DNA of 64,000 nt from Deferribacter thermophilus (lineage in GTDB: Bacteria > Chrysiogenota > Deferribacteres > Deferribacterales > Deferribacteraceae): NCBI RefSeq assembly GCF_049472675.1, contig NZ_JAPNXM010000007.1, positions 25,521 through 89,520 of the forward strand, in the 5' to 3' direction. Of the stretch, positions 1 to 9,831 are shown piece by piece (positions within the stretch are counted from its first letter, which is position 1; each line of letters starts with the position of its first letter). The notes beneath the pieces were generated by a model. The model was not told the DNA's origin. It ran no database searches and saw only the letters and a list, made by a program, of their open reading frames with translations. A program made the position numbers and the translations under genes.

Positions 1-455
1 TTCATTTTTATTTTTAGCGCTTTATTAGAAATAGCTTTATCCACATTGCATTCTGTTTTGAGATAACCTTTCAAAGTATATAAACTAAAATTTTCCAACA
101 AATAGCTTTTACCTTTTTCACAATCATTTTGAGATAAGATATAGACTTTATCCTGCTTAATCTTGCTGTAATCCAGCCTTTTATCTTCTACCTGCAATAA
201 GTCATCTATCAGTTTTGATGCTTGAGTATAATTTTTTTCTTTCATATATATCTGATACAGCAAATATTTAGAAAATATTATTTTTTTATCATCTTTTGCA
301 TTTTTTAAATAATCTTCTAAGCTAACTTTTGACAAATCAAAAAGATGATCTTTGAAAGCGGATACACCCAATAAATAATCTGTAATATCCTCATCAGCAT
401 GCACAAAAGAAAAAGAGCATATCAATATTACAACTACAATTAATCTTTTAAACAT
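1..455 (-). CDS. Hypothetical secreted protein, 5' part only; the ORF runs off the window start
   Basis: Reverse-strand ATG at 453-455 followed by a signal-peptide-like N-terminus (MFKRLIVVVILICSFSFVHA). Open for more than 150 codons to position 1. Overlaps the stop of the upstream oxidase gene by about 16 nt. Confidence 0.45.
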   Translation of the reverse strand, partial: MFKRLIVVVILICSFSFVHADEDITDYLLGVSAFKDHLFDLSKVSLEDYLKNAKDDKKIIFSKYLLYQIYMKEKNYTQASKLIDDLLQVEDKRLDYSKIKQDKVYILSQNDCEKGKSYLLENFSLYTLKGYLKTECNVDKAISNKALKIKM

Positions 456-3274
456 TCTGCAACAACCTCAACTGGATGTAATACCTTCTTATCAGAGATA
501 TGCTCAATCTGTATTCTACATGTTGGACAATCTGTCAATACACTTTCACAACCTGATTTAGAAATTTTTTGAGCCAAATCCCTACCTATATCCATACTCA
601 AATCATAGTTGTCAGCACTCATCCCCCAACTTCCTGCTATTCCACAACAATGTGAATTCAAATTAACCACATCCAAACCAATCTTACCTTTTAATAACTC
701 CAGTGAGCTATTAGCATATTTTTGCACTTTTAGATGGCAAGGCATGTGATAAGCAAACTTTTTATCAACATTTTCAAAATTTAATTTCTCAATATTATCA
801 TTTATCAATTTGGTTATATGCACCATTTTATTTTTTATTTCATGAATTTCATCATTATTTAGTAAATAACCCCACTCTTTCATCAGCGAAAGCCCACAAG
901 ATGAGCAAGACACAACAATATAATCCACATCTTTTATCAGATTACCCCATTTATTCAGATTCTTCTCAACACTTTTCCTAGCTTTATTTACCATCCCCTT
1001 AGTTAACATTGGCAAACCACAACAATGTTGATCAGGAACTAATACCTTAAAACCTAATTTTTCTAACACTTTAATCGTTGATAAACCGATATTTGTCTCA
1101 ATATACCCTGCATAACAACCAGAAAAGTAAAGCACAGAGCTTTCACCAGCTCCAACTTCTCTATTTACCTGCTCAAATAAAGATTTTGTATCAAACGCGA
1201 TAAACTCACGCTCTTCAGCCAGACCAGTAAACAGTTCATTCAGCTTTCTGCTAATACCTGGCTTCATAATTTTGGCCAATAAAGGGGATATTTTTCTTGT
1301 ATATCTTGCAGCTAATTCAACATTCACAAGCAATTTTTTTGTAATATCCGTTCCATATTTTTTTACATATTGACTTCTAGCTTCCAAAGCTATTTTAGGA
1401 ATATTTACATTTGAAGGACACTCCCTTTCACAGCTTCCACAATTTACACAATGATCTATCACATATTGGAAGGCACTCTCATATAATGATTTATCATCAA
1501 TAGCTCCACTAATCAAAGCCCTCAAAATGTTTGCCTTTGCCTTTGGAGCAGCTGCTTCATCCCTTGTAAATTTATAAATTGGGCACATTCTTGTTGCTGT
1601 GGTAACTGTTGTACATTTCGAACATCCATGACACTTTTCCACTTCATTAACAAACCCTTCTTCCCACACCAACAATTTATCTGTTAGATCTTTACTTCTA
1701 TAATCTTTACCAAACCTTAAAAACTTTTTCATTTGATAAGGGTCAGAGTTAGTTATTATTTCAGGATTTAAAATATTCCCTTCATCAAGAATTGATTTTA
1801 CAGTTTTAAACAGAGGATAAATTTTTGGATACTGTTTTGAAACATAATAACTTCTAATTCTTCCATCCCCATGCTCTCCTGATATTGCGCCACCCAAAGA
1901 ATTAACAAGCTCGAAAACTTCATCAGTTAATATTTTTAAATAATCAATATCATGTGGATCTTTCAAATTTAAAAGAGGTCTTGTGTGCAAAAGACCTTTA
2001 GCAATGTGTCCATAGATTACAAAATCAATTTTATGTTTTTCCAATAAACCATATAAACCTTGAAAATATTCCACCAATTTATCAGTAGGGACAGCCGCAT
2101 CCTCAATTAGTGCCAAAATCTTCTTTTCCCCTTTTAACTTATACAATATTGGCACTGCAGCTTTTCTTATAGCCCAAAACTTATCCTTTTCTTCCTGGCT
2201 GACGGCAAGAAAAGAGCTGTTTGTCAACCCCTCTCTATCTATCAAATCTTTGGCATTTTTAGCCAGCATCTCCACTTCATCTTTATCATAAGAATCAAAC
2301 TCAATTAACAAAACATTATCCACACCATCAGGAATTTTATCTTTCAACTGCTCATCGTTTTCCTTTGCAATTTTAAGCAAAGATTTATCCATAATTTCGA
2401 TGCCACTCGGTTTCATAGGAAGTATCATTTGCACAGCTTTTGCACTTGAAATAATATCATCAAAATACGCTACAACTAAACCATCAAAAGTAGGTTTTGG
2501 TATAATTCTAAACTTGAGTTTTGTTGCAATACCTAAAGTCCCTTCTGCACCGCAAAACAACTTATTCAAAAATAAACTATTATCCTTTACAAGCCCTCTT
2601 AAATTGTATCCAGTAACATTGTATTTGACCTTTGGGTATGCTGATTCAATATCATCACTATATTTTGTATAAAGATGATAAAGTTTTTTAAATTTATCAT
2701 CCAGCTCATCAAACGATTTTGAATATATTTCATTTAAGTTAATCTTTTCTCCACTACTCAAAATTATATCAGCATCAAGCACATAATCAGAAACATTTCC
2801 ATACTTTACAGAGTGAGCACCACTGGCATTTGTACCAAACATCCCACCAAACGATGCATATTCTCCACTAGATGGGTCAGGTGGGAAAAAATAACCTTTA
2901 TCTTTTAAAATTGCTTCAAGCTCACCAAATCTATAACCAGGCTCACATACAAAATACCCTTCATCCAAATTTAATTCTAATATCCTGTTCATATACTTTG
3001 TAAAATCTATAACAATACCTTTCCCAATGGCAGAGCCACAAAGCCCACTTCCAGCTCCTCTTGGATGAACAGTCAATCCATACTTTTGAGCAAATTTTAC
3101 AATATTAACTACATCTTCTTCATCTTTTGGATAAACTACGCATGATGGCTCAACTCTATAAATACTACCATCAGTAGAATGCATATACCTTCTAAGTTTA
3201 TCCGTATAAACATCCCCTTTTACAGACTCATGAAGTTCATCAAAAATATTATCTGTTAAGTATGGCATTGTCAT
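440..3274 (-). CDS. FAD-binding oxidase fused to 4Fe-4S and CCG cysteine-rich domains (GlcD/GlcF-type; putative D-lactate/glycolate dehydrogenase)
   Basis: 944 aa. N-terminal FAD-linked oxidase fold, two CxxCxxCxxxCP ferredoxin motifs, and C-terminal CCG-like Cys clusters. Confidence 0.8.
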   Translation of the reverse strand: MTMPYLTDNIFDELHESVKGDVYTDKLRRYMHSTDGSIYRVEPSCVVYPKDEEDVVNIVKFAQKYGLTVHPRGAGSGLCGSAIGKGIVIDFTKYMNRILELNLDEGYFVCEPGYRFGELEAILKDKGYFFPPDPSSGEYASFGGMFGTNASGAHSVKYGNVSDYVLDADIILSSGEKINLNEIYSKSFDELDDKFKKLYHLYTKYSDDIESAYPKVKYNVTGYNLRGLVKDNSLFLNKLFCGAEGTLGIATKLKFRIIPKPTFDGLVVAYFDDIISSAKAVQMILPMKPSGIEIMDKSLLKIAKENDEQLKDKIPDGVDNVLLIEFDSYDKDEVEMLAKNAKDLIDREGLTNSSFLAVSQEEKDKFWAIRKAAVPILYKLKGEKKILALIEDAAVPTDKLVEYFQGLYGLLEKHKIDFVIYGHIAKGLLHTRPLLNLKDPHDIDYLKILTDEVFELVNSLGGAISGEHGDGRIRSYYVSKQYPKIYPLFKTVKSILDEGNILNPEIITNSDPYQMKKFLRFGKDYRSKDLTDKLLVWEEGFVNEVEKCHGCSKCTTVTTATRMCPIYKFTRDEAAAPKAKANILRALISGAIDDKSLYESAFQYVIDHCVNCGSCERECPSNVNIPKIALEARSQYVKKYGTDITKKLLVNVELAARYTRKISPLLAKIMKPGISRKLNELFTGLAEEREFIAFDTKSLFEQVNREVGAGESSVLYFSGCYAGYIETNIGLSTIKVLEKLGFKVLVPDQHCCGLPMLTKGMVNKARKSVEKNLNKWGNLIKDVDYIVVSCSSCGLSLMKEWGYLLNNDEIHEIKNKMVHITKLINDNIEKLNFENVDKKFAYHMPCHLKVQKYANSSLELLKGKIGLDVVNLNSHCCGIAGSWGMSADNYDLSMDIGRDLAQKISKSGCESVLTDCPTCRIQIEHISDKKVLHPVEVVAECLKD

Positions 3275-3392
3275 CTCCTTACAATTTAGCTGTTGTGGTT
3301 AGCTAAAATATAACCATTAAACCACAAAAGTAAAGTTTAACATTAACCAAAATTAGATTGAATATTCATATTTTATCAGATAAATTAATTTT

Positions 3393-4301
3393 ATGTTAAA
3401 TAACATACTACCAATTTTTTTAACAATACTTTTTGGAAATTTTTTAAAAAAAGTAAAACTAATCGATGAAATTTTTATCTCAAAAGCAAATAAGCTAATT
3501 TTTTATATCCTTCTTCCACTTTTACTCTTTTACAAAATAGCAAAATCCGATTTTAATAAGACCTTTGACATAAAATATATTTTAATCATGTATTTTTCTT
3601 TTATTATTTTGATTATTTTAGCAATCCCGATTCTCAAGTTATTAAAAACTAATAAAAGTGATATTGGCACATTTTTGATGAACAGCTTTAGAGGAAATTA
3701 TGCTTATGTGGGCTTACCTGTGAGCTACTTTAGTTTTGGTGATAAGGGGCTGGTTATAGCAAGTATTTACATGGCATTTATAGTGCCTGTTGTAAATTTA
3801 CTTTCAGTTATTGTCCTTTCATTCTCATCCGAGAAATCATCATCAAAGAAAGAAGTATTTTATCAAATAGTCTTCAACCCTTTGGCAATAGGTTGTATAT
3901 TTGGCATCCTTTTTTCGTTATTAAAAATCGATATACCCATTGCTATTGACAGATTTTTATCAATAAACAGCTCTGCAACTCTCCCATTAGCCCTGCTTTC
4001 TATCGGTGCAACAATCAATCTACAAAAATTAGGCAACTCTTTTAAGTTATCACTAATAAACACATTATTTAAGCTAATTATTTTACCAGTACTAGGTTTT
4101 ATAATTTTATTTTTGACAAAAACACCTATAAGTTTGCATGCAAAAATTATGATAATTCTATTAGCAGCACCTGCTGCAACAGTAAATTTTGTATTAGCAA
4201 AAGAAATGGGAGGAAATGAAAACTTAAGCGCAAGTACGATTATTCTATCAACAATACTTTCCTTTTTCAGCTATTTAGTTTACTTAACATTATTACAATA
4301 A
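3393..4301 (+). CDS. Auxin efflux carrier (AEC) family membrane transporter
   Basis: 302 aa polytopic membrane protein with a typical AEC N-terminus (MLNNILPIFL...). Confidence 0.75.
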   Translation: MLNNILPIFLTILFGNFLKKVKLIDEIFISKANKLIFYILLPLLLFYKIAKSDFNKTFDIKYILIMYFSFIILIILAIPILKLLKTNKSDIGTFLMNSFRGNYAYVGLPVSYFSFGDKGLVIASIYMAFIVPVVNLLSVIVLSFSSEKSSSKKEVFYQIVFNPLAIGCIFGILFSLLKIDIPIAIDRFLSINSSATLPLALLSIGATINLQKLGNSFKLSLINTLFKLIILPVLGFIILFLTKTPISLHAKIMIILLAAPAATVNFVLAKEMGGNENLSASTIILSTILSFFSYLVYLTLLQ

Positions 4302-4327
4302 AAAAAAGGGGTGCAAAAAGCACCCCC
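4301..4327 (-). terminator. Rho-independent terminator between convergent genes (hairpin GGGGTGC-aaaaa-GCACCCC)
   Basis: A 7-bp GC stem at 4308-4326 preceded by A8 on the + strand, which is a T-run after the hairpin on the - strand. Lies immediately 3' of the trpB2-like gene. Confidence 0.7.
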
Positions 4328-4339
4328 AAATATTAAAAA

Positions 4340-5686
4340 TTATACTTCAGGTAAATTCTTCAAAGATTCCTCTATCAAATCTTCAGGGTATTCGTAATCT
4401 TCTAGTTTACCATCAAAATAAGCATCGTAAGATGCCATATCAAAAAATCCATGTCCGCTGAGGCAAAACAGCAATGTTTTCTCTTCACCAGTCTCTTTAC
4501 ACTTTAAAGCTTCTTTTATAGTCGCTGCAATCGCATGAGCTGATTCTGGTGCAGGGACAATCCCTTCCAATTGTGCAAAAAGTGTCCCATATTGAAAAAC
4601 TTCAAGCTGTTTTACAGCAGTAGCAGAAATCAAACCATCTTTATAAAGCTTACTTACGATAGGTGAATCACCATGATATCTCAACCCACCAGCATGAATT
4701 GCAGGTGGTTCAAAATCATGACCCAAAGTAAACATAGGCATGATAGGTGTCAATTTTGCCACATCACCATAATCATAGGCATATTTACCTTTTGTCAATG
4801 TTGGACAGCTTGCTGGCTCTACAGCCACAGCATCCACATTTTTACCACTAAATTTATCTGCCAGAAATGGAAAAGCTATTCCACCAAAATTTGACCCACC
4901 ACCACAGGATGCAAATATCATATCAGGATAATCACCTACAATTTCAAACTGTTTTTTAGCTTCTAAACCAATTACAGTCTGATGCAACAAAACATGATTT
5001 AAAACACTACCCAAAGCATAATTTGTATCGTTTCTACCTGCAGCTTCCTCTACCGCCTCACTAATTGCAATACCCAAACTACCATTCGAGTCAGGATTTT
5101 TTTCCAAAATTGCTCTACCACTATTTGTAAATTCAGAAGGGCTTGGAATTACTTCAGCTCCAAACATTCTCATAAAAGATTTTCTATAAGGTTTTTGATA
5201 AAAGCTGACTTTCACCATATAAACTCTACATTCCATATTAAACATTTTGGTTGCAAAGGCTAAAGCGCTACCCCACTGCCCTGCTCCAGTTTCTGTAGTA
5301 AGCCTTTGAACACCCTCCTTTTTATTGTAATATGCTTGAGCCACAGCAGTGTTTGGTTTATGACTTCCTGCTGGTGATACCCCTTCGTATTTAAAATAAA
5401 TTTTTGCTGGTGTCCCCAAATACTCTTCTAACCTTTCTGCCCTTATCAATGGTGTAGGTCTCCATAACGATAAAATTTCTAAAACCTCTTCAGGGATATC
5501 TATCCACCTTTTATCGCTCATCTCCTGTTCAATCAAACTTTCAGGAAAAATAGCTTTCATCTCATCAAAAGTTACGGGTTTTTTTGTAAAAGGGCTTAAA
5601 GGTGGATCCATTGGTGTAGGCAAATCAGCCAATATATTATACCACTGTTTTGGCATCTCATCAGTTTTTAAATATACCCGTTTCAT
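4340..5686 (-). CDS. trpB: Tryptophan synthase beta chain, TrpB2 type
   Basis: 448 aa. PLP-lysine motif GSHKPNTA. Length and [10 protein letters not shown] region are typical of TrpB2. Confidence 0.85.
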   Translation of the reverse strand: MKRVYLKTDEMPKQWYNILADLPTPMDPPLSPFTKKPVTFDEMKAIFPESLIEQEMSDKRWIDIPEEVLEILSLWRPTPLIRAERLEEYLGTPAKIYFKYEGVSPAGSHKPNTAVAQAYYNKKEGVQRLTTETGAGQWGSALAFATKMFNMECRVYMVKVSFYQKPYRKSFMRMFGAEVIPSPSEFTNSGRAILEKNPDSNGSLGIAISEAVEEAAGRNDTNYALGSVLNHVLLHQTVIGLEAKKQFEIVGDYPDMIFASCGGGSNFGGIAFPFLADKFSGKNVDAVAVEPASCPTLTKGKYAYDYGDVAKLTPIMPMFTLGHDFEPPAIHAGGLRYHGDSPIVSKLYKDGLISATAVKQLEVFQYGTLFAQLEGIVPAPESAHAIAATIKEALKCKETGEEKTLLFCLSGHGFFDMASYDAYFDGKLEDYEYPEDLIEESLKNLPEV

Positions 5687-5848
5687 AATACCTCCATCTT
5701 TTCTTAGTTAAATAATGTTTAACCTACAATATAAAAAAAATCAATACCAAAGACTTTTTGATATAGATTAGAAGAGCTTATATATTCTAAAAAGTTTATC
5801 TCGAGGTAATTACTAGAGGCTGTTTTATAACTGTAGCTCAAATTACCA

Positions 5849-6013
5849 GATCGCTTCGTCAGCTCTCGCTTCCTAGCGATGACAAACTGATTATCGTCAT
5901 TGCGAACGAAGTGAAGCAATCTCCTGCGTCAACGACATAAAAGAGATTGCTTCGTCGCTATACTCCTCGCAATGACTGAGAAATTAGTCTTTGCGAGCGT
6001 TAGCGAAGCAATC
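5849..6013. repeat. Cluster of four 26-35 bp palindromic repeat units in alternating orientation (consensus GTCATTGCGAGCG-N-AGCGAAGCAATC)
   Basis: Units at 5849-5883 (reverse, degenerate), 5896-5921 (forward), 5945-5976 (reverse) and 5987-6013 (forward). The same unit recurs at 6694-6720, 24827-24853, 38910-38936 and 38946-38978. Confidence 0.85.
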
Positions 6014-6099
6014 TAATGAGCTTATTTCTTACATTAATTTTATAAATGTTTTTTTACTAATATTGATTTTATTATAGTAATTTCTTATAAATAAAATAG

Positions 6100-6339
6100 A
6101 TGGAGAAGCAAGTGATAATAAAATTTACAAGGCATGCTAAAAGAAGAGCAAAACTTTATAAAATACCAAAAGAATTAATTGTCAATATTCTGAAAAATAT
6201 TGACACTTCTCAAGGTGAGCATGAAATAATAAAATATGTTGAAGGGTTTAAATATCCATTAAAGATTGTTTTTGTTGTAGAAAATAATATATTAACAGTA
6301 ATTACAAATTATCCATTAAAAAGGGGGTATAAAAAATGA
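6100..6339 (+). CDS. DUF4258-family small protein (putative toxin of a type II TA pair)
   Basis: 79 aa with an H-A-K-R-R motif near the N-terminus and a VVEnNILTVITnY C-terminus, as in DUF4258. Its stop overlaps the downstream start (ATGA). Confidence 0.6.
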   Translation: MEKQVIIKFTRHAKRRAKLYKIPKELIVNILKNIDTSQGEHEIIKYVEGFKYPLKIVFVVENNILTVITNYPLKRGYKK

Positions 6340-6548
6340 AAGTATATTATGATGATGCTGCAGATGCTATTTATATAGAGCTTAATAATGTAGAGCCAGA
6401 TGGGGTTATTGAATCTGATAATGGTATCAATCTTGATACTGACTCTGAAGGCAGAATTGTTGGAATTGAAATCCTAAATGCATCTAAAAAGATAGATTTG
6501 TCTTCTCTCCTTACTTACTCTTTTGAGGTTAAAAAAAAGGTGGTTTAA
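6336..6548 (+). CDS. DUF2283-family small protein (putative antitoxin partner of DUF4258)
   Basis: 70 aa. MKVYYDDAADAIYIEL...GRIVGIEILNASK matches the DUF2283 pattern. Translationally coupled to the upstream gene. Confidence 0.6.
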   Translation: MKVYYDDAADAIYIELNNVEPDGVIESDNGINLDTDSEGRIVGIEILNASKKIDLSSLLTYSFEVKKKVV

Positions 6549-6671
6549 CAAAATCCAAAAATCTCTTATAATTCCTTATTCATTATAAATTGAATGTATA
6601 TATAATCACAATTAAACTTTGTTAAACAATCTGCTCCTTATCACTCTTTTCTAACTTTGTTAACATAATTT

Positions 6672-6720
6672 GCAACATACAATGACTGCCTTTGTCTTTG
6701 CTAGCCTCAGCGATGCAATC
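6672..6720. repeat. Isolated, partly degenerate copy of the palindromic repeat unit
   Basis: GTCTTTGCTAGCCTCAGCGATGCAATC at 6694-6720, plus a half-unit (..ACAATGAC) at 6672-6687. Confidence 0.6.
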
Positions 6721-6742
6721 TCAAAAATAATAAATTTTTATT

Positions 6743-7123
6743 TTACTTATTATTATTTCTATTTTGCATATACCTTTTTACTTCTTCCCTTTCTTTAACA
6801 AGGTGGTCTAACAGCTCCTTTAATCTCCAATTTAAGTTATGCTCTGTCACCATACAAAAAAGTGGCTTTGGCAGATCAATCTTTTTATAACTTTCTATAA
6901 AATCTATTATCTCATTTTGCTCAGCACCTGCAAACATTATCAAAACTTCGCTATGAATATCCCCTTTTTCAAAATTGCCATCACCATTTAAAATTTCTTT
7001 AACCAGTAAATCATCCTGATCTCTATATGCAAAAATATAGTCAAACCCTTTTTGTGAACATAAATTTTTCAATAAATCTTTTTGCTCTCCATCAAGGCCG
7101 CATGCCAAAATTTTTTTATTCAT
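6743..7123 (-). CDS. Hypothetical protein (possibly DUF3783-like), last gene of the TAXI-TRAP operon
   Basis: 126 aa, overlaps the upstream CN-hydrolase gene by 8 nt. The domain call is from memory only. Confidence 0.5.
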   Translation of the reverse strand: MNKKILACGLDGEQKDLLKNLCSQKGFDYIFAYRDQDDLLVKEILNGDGNFEKGDIHSEVLIMFAGAEQNEIIDFIESYKKIDLPKPLFCMVTEHNLNWRLKELLDHLVKEREEVKRYMQNRNNNK

Positions 7124-7859
7124 TTTTTCTCCTCATCGGTAGTTTATTTCGCACCTCATCGACTAAATTAATATCAATTTCTGCAACAATAACTTTATCA
7201 ACAAAGTTTTTAGCATCAGCAACCACTTTACCCCAAGGGTCTATTATCATAGAGTTTCCACCAAATACATCGCTCCATGTATTGCCAATTGCATTACAGC
7301 AAACAAAATACAATTGATTTTCAATAGCCCTTGCAATGGATAATGCCCTAAAATGCTCTACCCTTTTTGCAGGCCACTCTGCAGGCAAAAAAACAATCTT
7401 TGCTCCACCATTTCTTAAGTGATAAAATACCTCACAATACCTCAAATCAAAACATATCGCACATCCTGCCGTTACCCCATTTATATCAAATGTATAATAA
7501 CCATCACCAGGAAAAAAATATTTATCCTCATCCATTAAAGGGAAAAGGTTTACCTTGTCATATACAAAGTAAACCTCTTTTTTATACTTTACAAAAAAAG
7601 AATTATATCTTTTGCCATCTTTAAAACACAAAATCGAACCCATATAAATATTTTTTTCACTTAAATCTTGCAGTACTTCAAAATGATTTTCTGCCTGCTT
7701 TTCTATATGCTCATAATTAAAACCTGTAGTAAACAATTCCGGTAAGAGAAAAATATGGTTTGAATAATCAGAAGTGAGTGTATTTACCTTTTCTATATTT
7801 CTTTGAACATCTTCTTCTATTTTTATCTGAACACAACCGATATTCATTTTATCTTGCAT
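7116..7859 (-). CDS. Carbon-nitrogen hydrolase (nitrilase superfamily amidohydrolase)
   Basis: 247 aa. Catalytic Glu in an LPELF context and Cys in an AICFD context, typical of the nitrilase/CN-hydrolase fold. Confidence 0.8.
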   Translation of the reverse strand: MQDKMNIGCVQIKIEEDVQRNIEKVNTLTSDYSNHIFLLPELFTTGFNYEHIEKQAENHFEVLQDLSEKNIYMGSILCFKDGKRYNSFFVKYKKEVYFVYDKVNLFPLMDEDKYFFPGDGYYTFDINGVTAGCAICFDLRYCEVFYHLRNGGAKIVFLPAEWPAKRVEHFRALSIARAIENQLYFVCCNAIGNTWSDVFGGNSMIIDPWGKVVADAKNFVDKVIVAEIDINLVDEVRNKLPMRRKNE

Positions 7860-9768
7860 TTTCAGCTCTTTTAATAGTAAATTTTTGTAAAAGTATCAAA
7901 GCGATAAATCCAGCAAAACCAATTATTGTCAAATATCTATGAGGAAACAATAGAAAATAAGCTACAACACCAAATAATATCCTTTCAATAATATTCAACT
8001 GGCGTAATTGATACCCCTCAAAAAATACCACAAAAGCATATAATCCCAATGTAGCACTAATCACCGTTTCGATTACATTGATAATAGGCCCTTCGAATAA
8101 GAGCGGAGTATATACAAAAAGCAATGGAATAATATAAAGCCCTTTAGCAAGCTTCCAGGCTTCAAAACCGGTTTCCAGAGGTTTGCTCCCCGCAATTCCA
8201 GCTGCAGAATATGCAGCAAGACAAACAGGAGGAGTAACATTTGCATCCTGAGAATACCAAAAAATTACCATGTGAGCAGCTATTAAACTAACTCCAAGCA
8301 TTGTTAGTGCAGGAGCAGCAAGAACAGCCAACACAATATATGAAGCTGTAACAGGAAGCCCCATCCCAAGAATTAATGAAGCAAGAGCGATAAAAATAAT
8401 AGTCAGTAAAACACTACCACCAGATAATGATTGAATTAACATAGAAAATTTAATCCCCATACCAACAAGCAACACAATACCAATAACAATACCAGAACAA
8501 AGAAGAATAATACCTGTTGTCACCATGTTTTTGGCTCCAAGAGCCAATCCATCCAAAATATCTTTTATCCCCATTCTTGTTTTTTTGTTAAACCAGCTTG
8601 ATACCACAATTGCAGCAATCCCAGCACAGGCAGAATATGTAGGAGTGTATCCATACATTAAAAATCCCATTAAAACTATAATAGGTATAAAAAATTGCCA
8701 ACCCTCTTTTAAAACTTCAGAAATCTTTGGAATTTCTTCTCTTGGCAGAGGTTTCAAACCGATTTTTTTAGCTCTTATATGGACAAAAAAAGCAACTGTT
8801 AAAAAATACATAATTGCAGGGATAAAGGAAACTGCAACAATTTTTAAATACGGAATCTGCGTCCACTGGCTCATAATAAATGCACCAGCACCCATAATTG
8901 GTGGCATCAACTGTCCACCAGTAGATGCAGCAGCCTCTACCGCAGCTGCAAATTTTGGAGAAAAACCTGTTTTTTTCATCATAGGGATTGTAATAGAACC
9001 TGTTCCAACTGTATTTGCAACAGCACTACCAGATACACTACCCATCAAACCACTTGCAAAAACAGCCATCTTCGCTGGTCCACCTATACTCCTACCCATT
9101 ATAGCCACTGCCAGCTTAATAATAAAATCACCAGCACCTGATTTAATCAAAAATGCACCAAAAAGAACAAAAAGAAAAACAAATGTTGATGATATTGTAG
9201 CAATGGTACCAAAGATACCATCAGGAGCAAAGTACATTCTATATAAAAGTCTTTGAACATTCACACCAGGGAAATTCCATAAGCCATTAAAATATTTACC
9301 AAAATAAAGAGCATAGCCGAGAAAAAATGCTGCTAAAATAGGTATTACCAAACCAGATGTTCTTCTTGTTACTTCAATTAATAAAACAATTGCAATAGCT
9401 GCTGCTATCAAGTCAGGTAAAATAGGCACTTCGTTTCTTGCGTGCAAAGCATTTTCAAATAAAACGAGATAAACCCCAACCAAAAAAGATAAAACCGCTA
9501 AGATAATATCTATTTTTAAAGTTTTTTCAGGATGTTTTTTTGACATAGGGTATAGCAAATACCCTAAAAATAATAAAAAGCTGTAATGCAAAGCGTTTCT
9601 TTGAATCTCAGGCATAATTCCAACAGTGTTTACCCACAAGTGAAAAAGAGATGTAATAATACCAACGAAATAAACAATTTTGTCTAAAGTATTAGATAAT
9701 TCTCTTTGGACGGTTATAACCTCACCGCTGAGATCCTCTTGTGTTTTTTTATTTTCCACTTGGCTCAT
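7849..9768 (-). CDS. TRAP transporter fused permease (TAXI type, DctQM fusion)
   Basis: 639 aa polytopic membrane protein, adjacent to a TAXI receptor gene. Confidence 0.8.
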   Translation of the reverse strand: MSQVENKKTQEDLSGEVITVQRELSNTLDKIVYFVGIITSLFHLWVNTVGIMPEIQRNALHYSFLLFLGYLLYPMSKKHPEKTLKIDIILAVLSFLVGVYLVLFENALHARNEVPILPDLIAAAIAIVLLIEVTRRTSGLVIPILAAFFLGYALYFGKYFNGLWNFPGVNVQRLLYRMYFAPDGIFGTIATISSTFVFLFVLFGAFLIKSGAGDFIIKLAVAIMGRSIGGPAKMAVFASGLMGSVSGSAVANTVGTGSITIPMMKKTGFSPKFAAAVEAAASTGGQLMPPIMGAGAFIMSQWTQIPYLKIVAVSFIPAIMYFLTVAFFVHIRAKKIGLKPLPREEIPKISEVLKEGWQFFIPIIVLMGFLMYGYTPTYSACAGIAAIVVSSWFNKKTRMGIKDILDGLALGAKNMVTTGIILLCSGIVIGIVLLVGMGIKFSMLIQSLSGGSVLLTIIFIALASLILGMGLPVTASYIVLAVLAAPALTMLGVSLIAAHMVIFWYSQDANVTPPVCLAAYSAAGIAGSKPLETGFEAWKLAKGLYIIPLLFVYTPLLFEGPIINVIETVISATLGLYAFVVFFEGYQLRQLNIIERILFGVVAYFLLFPHRYLTIIGFAGFIALILLQKFTIKRAENAR

Positions 9769-9793
9769 TTAATCCTCCAAAAAGTAAAGAAAA

Positions 9794-9816
9794 GGTGGCC
9801 AACTAGTTAGGCCACC
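9794..9816 (-). terminator. Intra-operon hairpin (GGTGGCC-N9-GGCCACC) followed by a U-rich tract between the receptor and permease genes
   Basis: Perfect 7-bp GC stem. On the - strand it is followed by TTTTCTTTACTTTTT. Its position suggests a partial terminator that lets the receptor be expressed more than the permease. Confidence 0.5.
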
Positions 9817-9831
9817 TGATATAAGATATTT

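Noticed and set aside
2400-2672. Various short antisense ORFs (e.g. 2400-2672, 3863-4063, 4673-4894, 13608-13796, 21174-21497, 24148-24425, 31283-31525, 45526-45861, 46651-46965, 50067-50318, 53171-53599, 54673-55299, 58066-58398)
   Set aside because: All lie inside longer, motif-supported genes on the opposite strand. I treat them as non-coding shadow ORFs.
5719-5919. 66-aa ORF upstream of trpB2
   Set aside because: It overlaps the palindromic repeat cluster. It has no RBS or start context, and its reading frame is generated by the repeats.
5849-6013. CRISPR array
   Set aside because: Units alternate in orientation. Spacing is irregular (10-25 bp) and not spacer-like. The same unit is scattered singly elsewhere. 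No cas genes are present.
8525-9256. 243-aa + strand ORF inside the TRAP permease gene
   Set aside because: It is fully antisense to a well-supported 639-aa membrane protein gene and has no recognisable motifs. This is a typical shadow ORF in AT-rich DNA.
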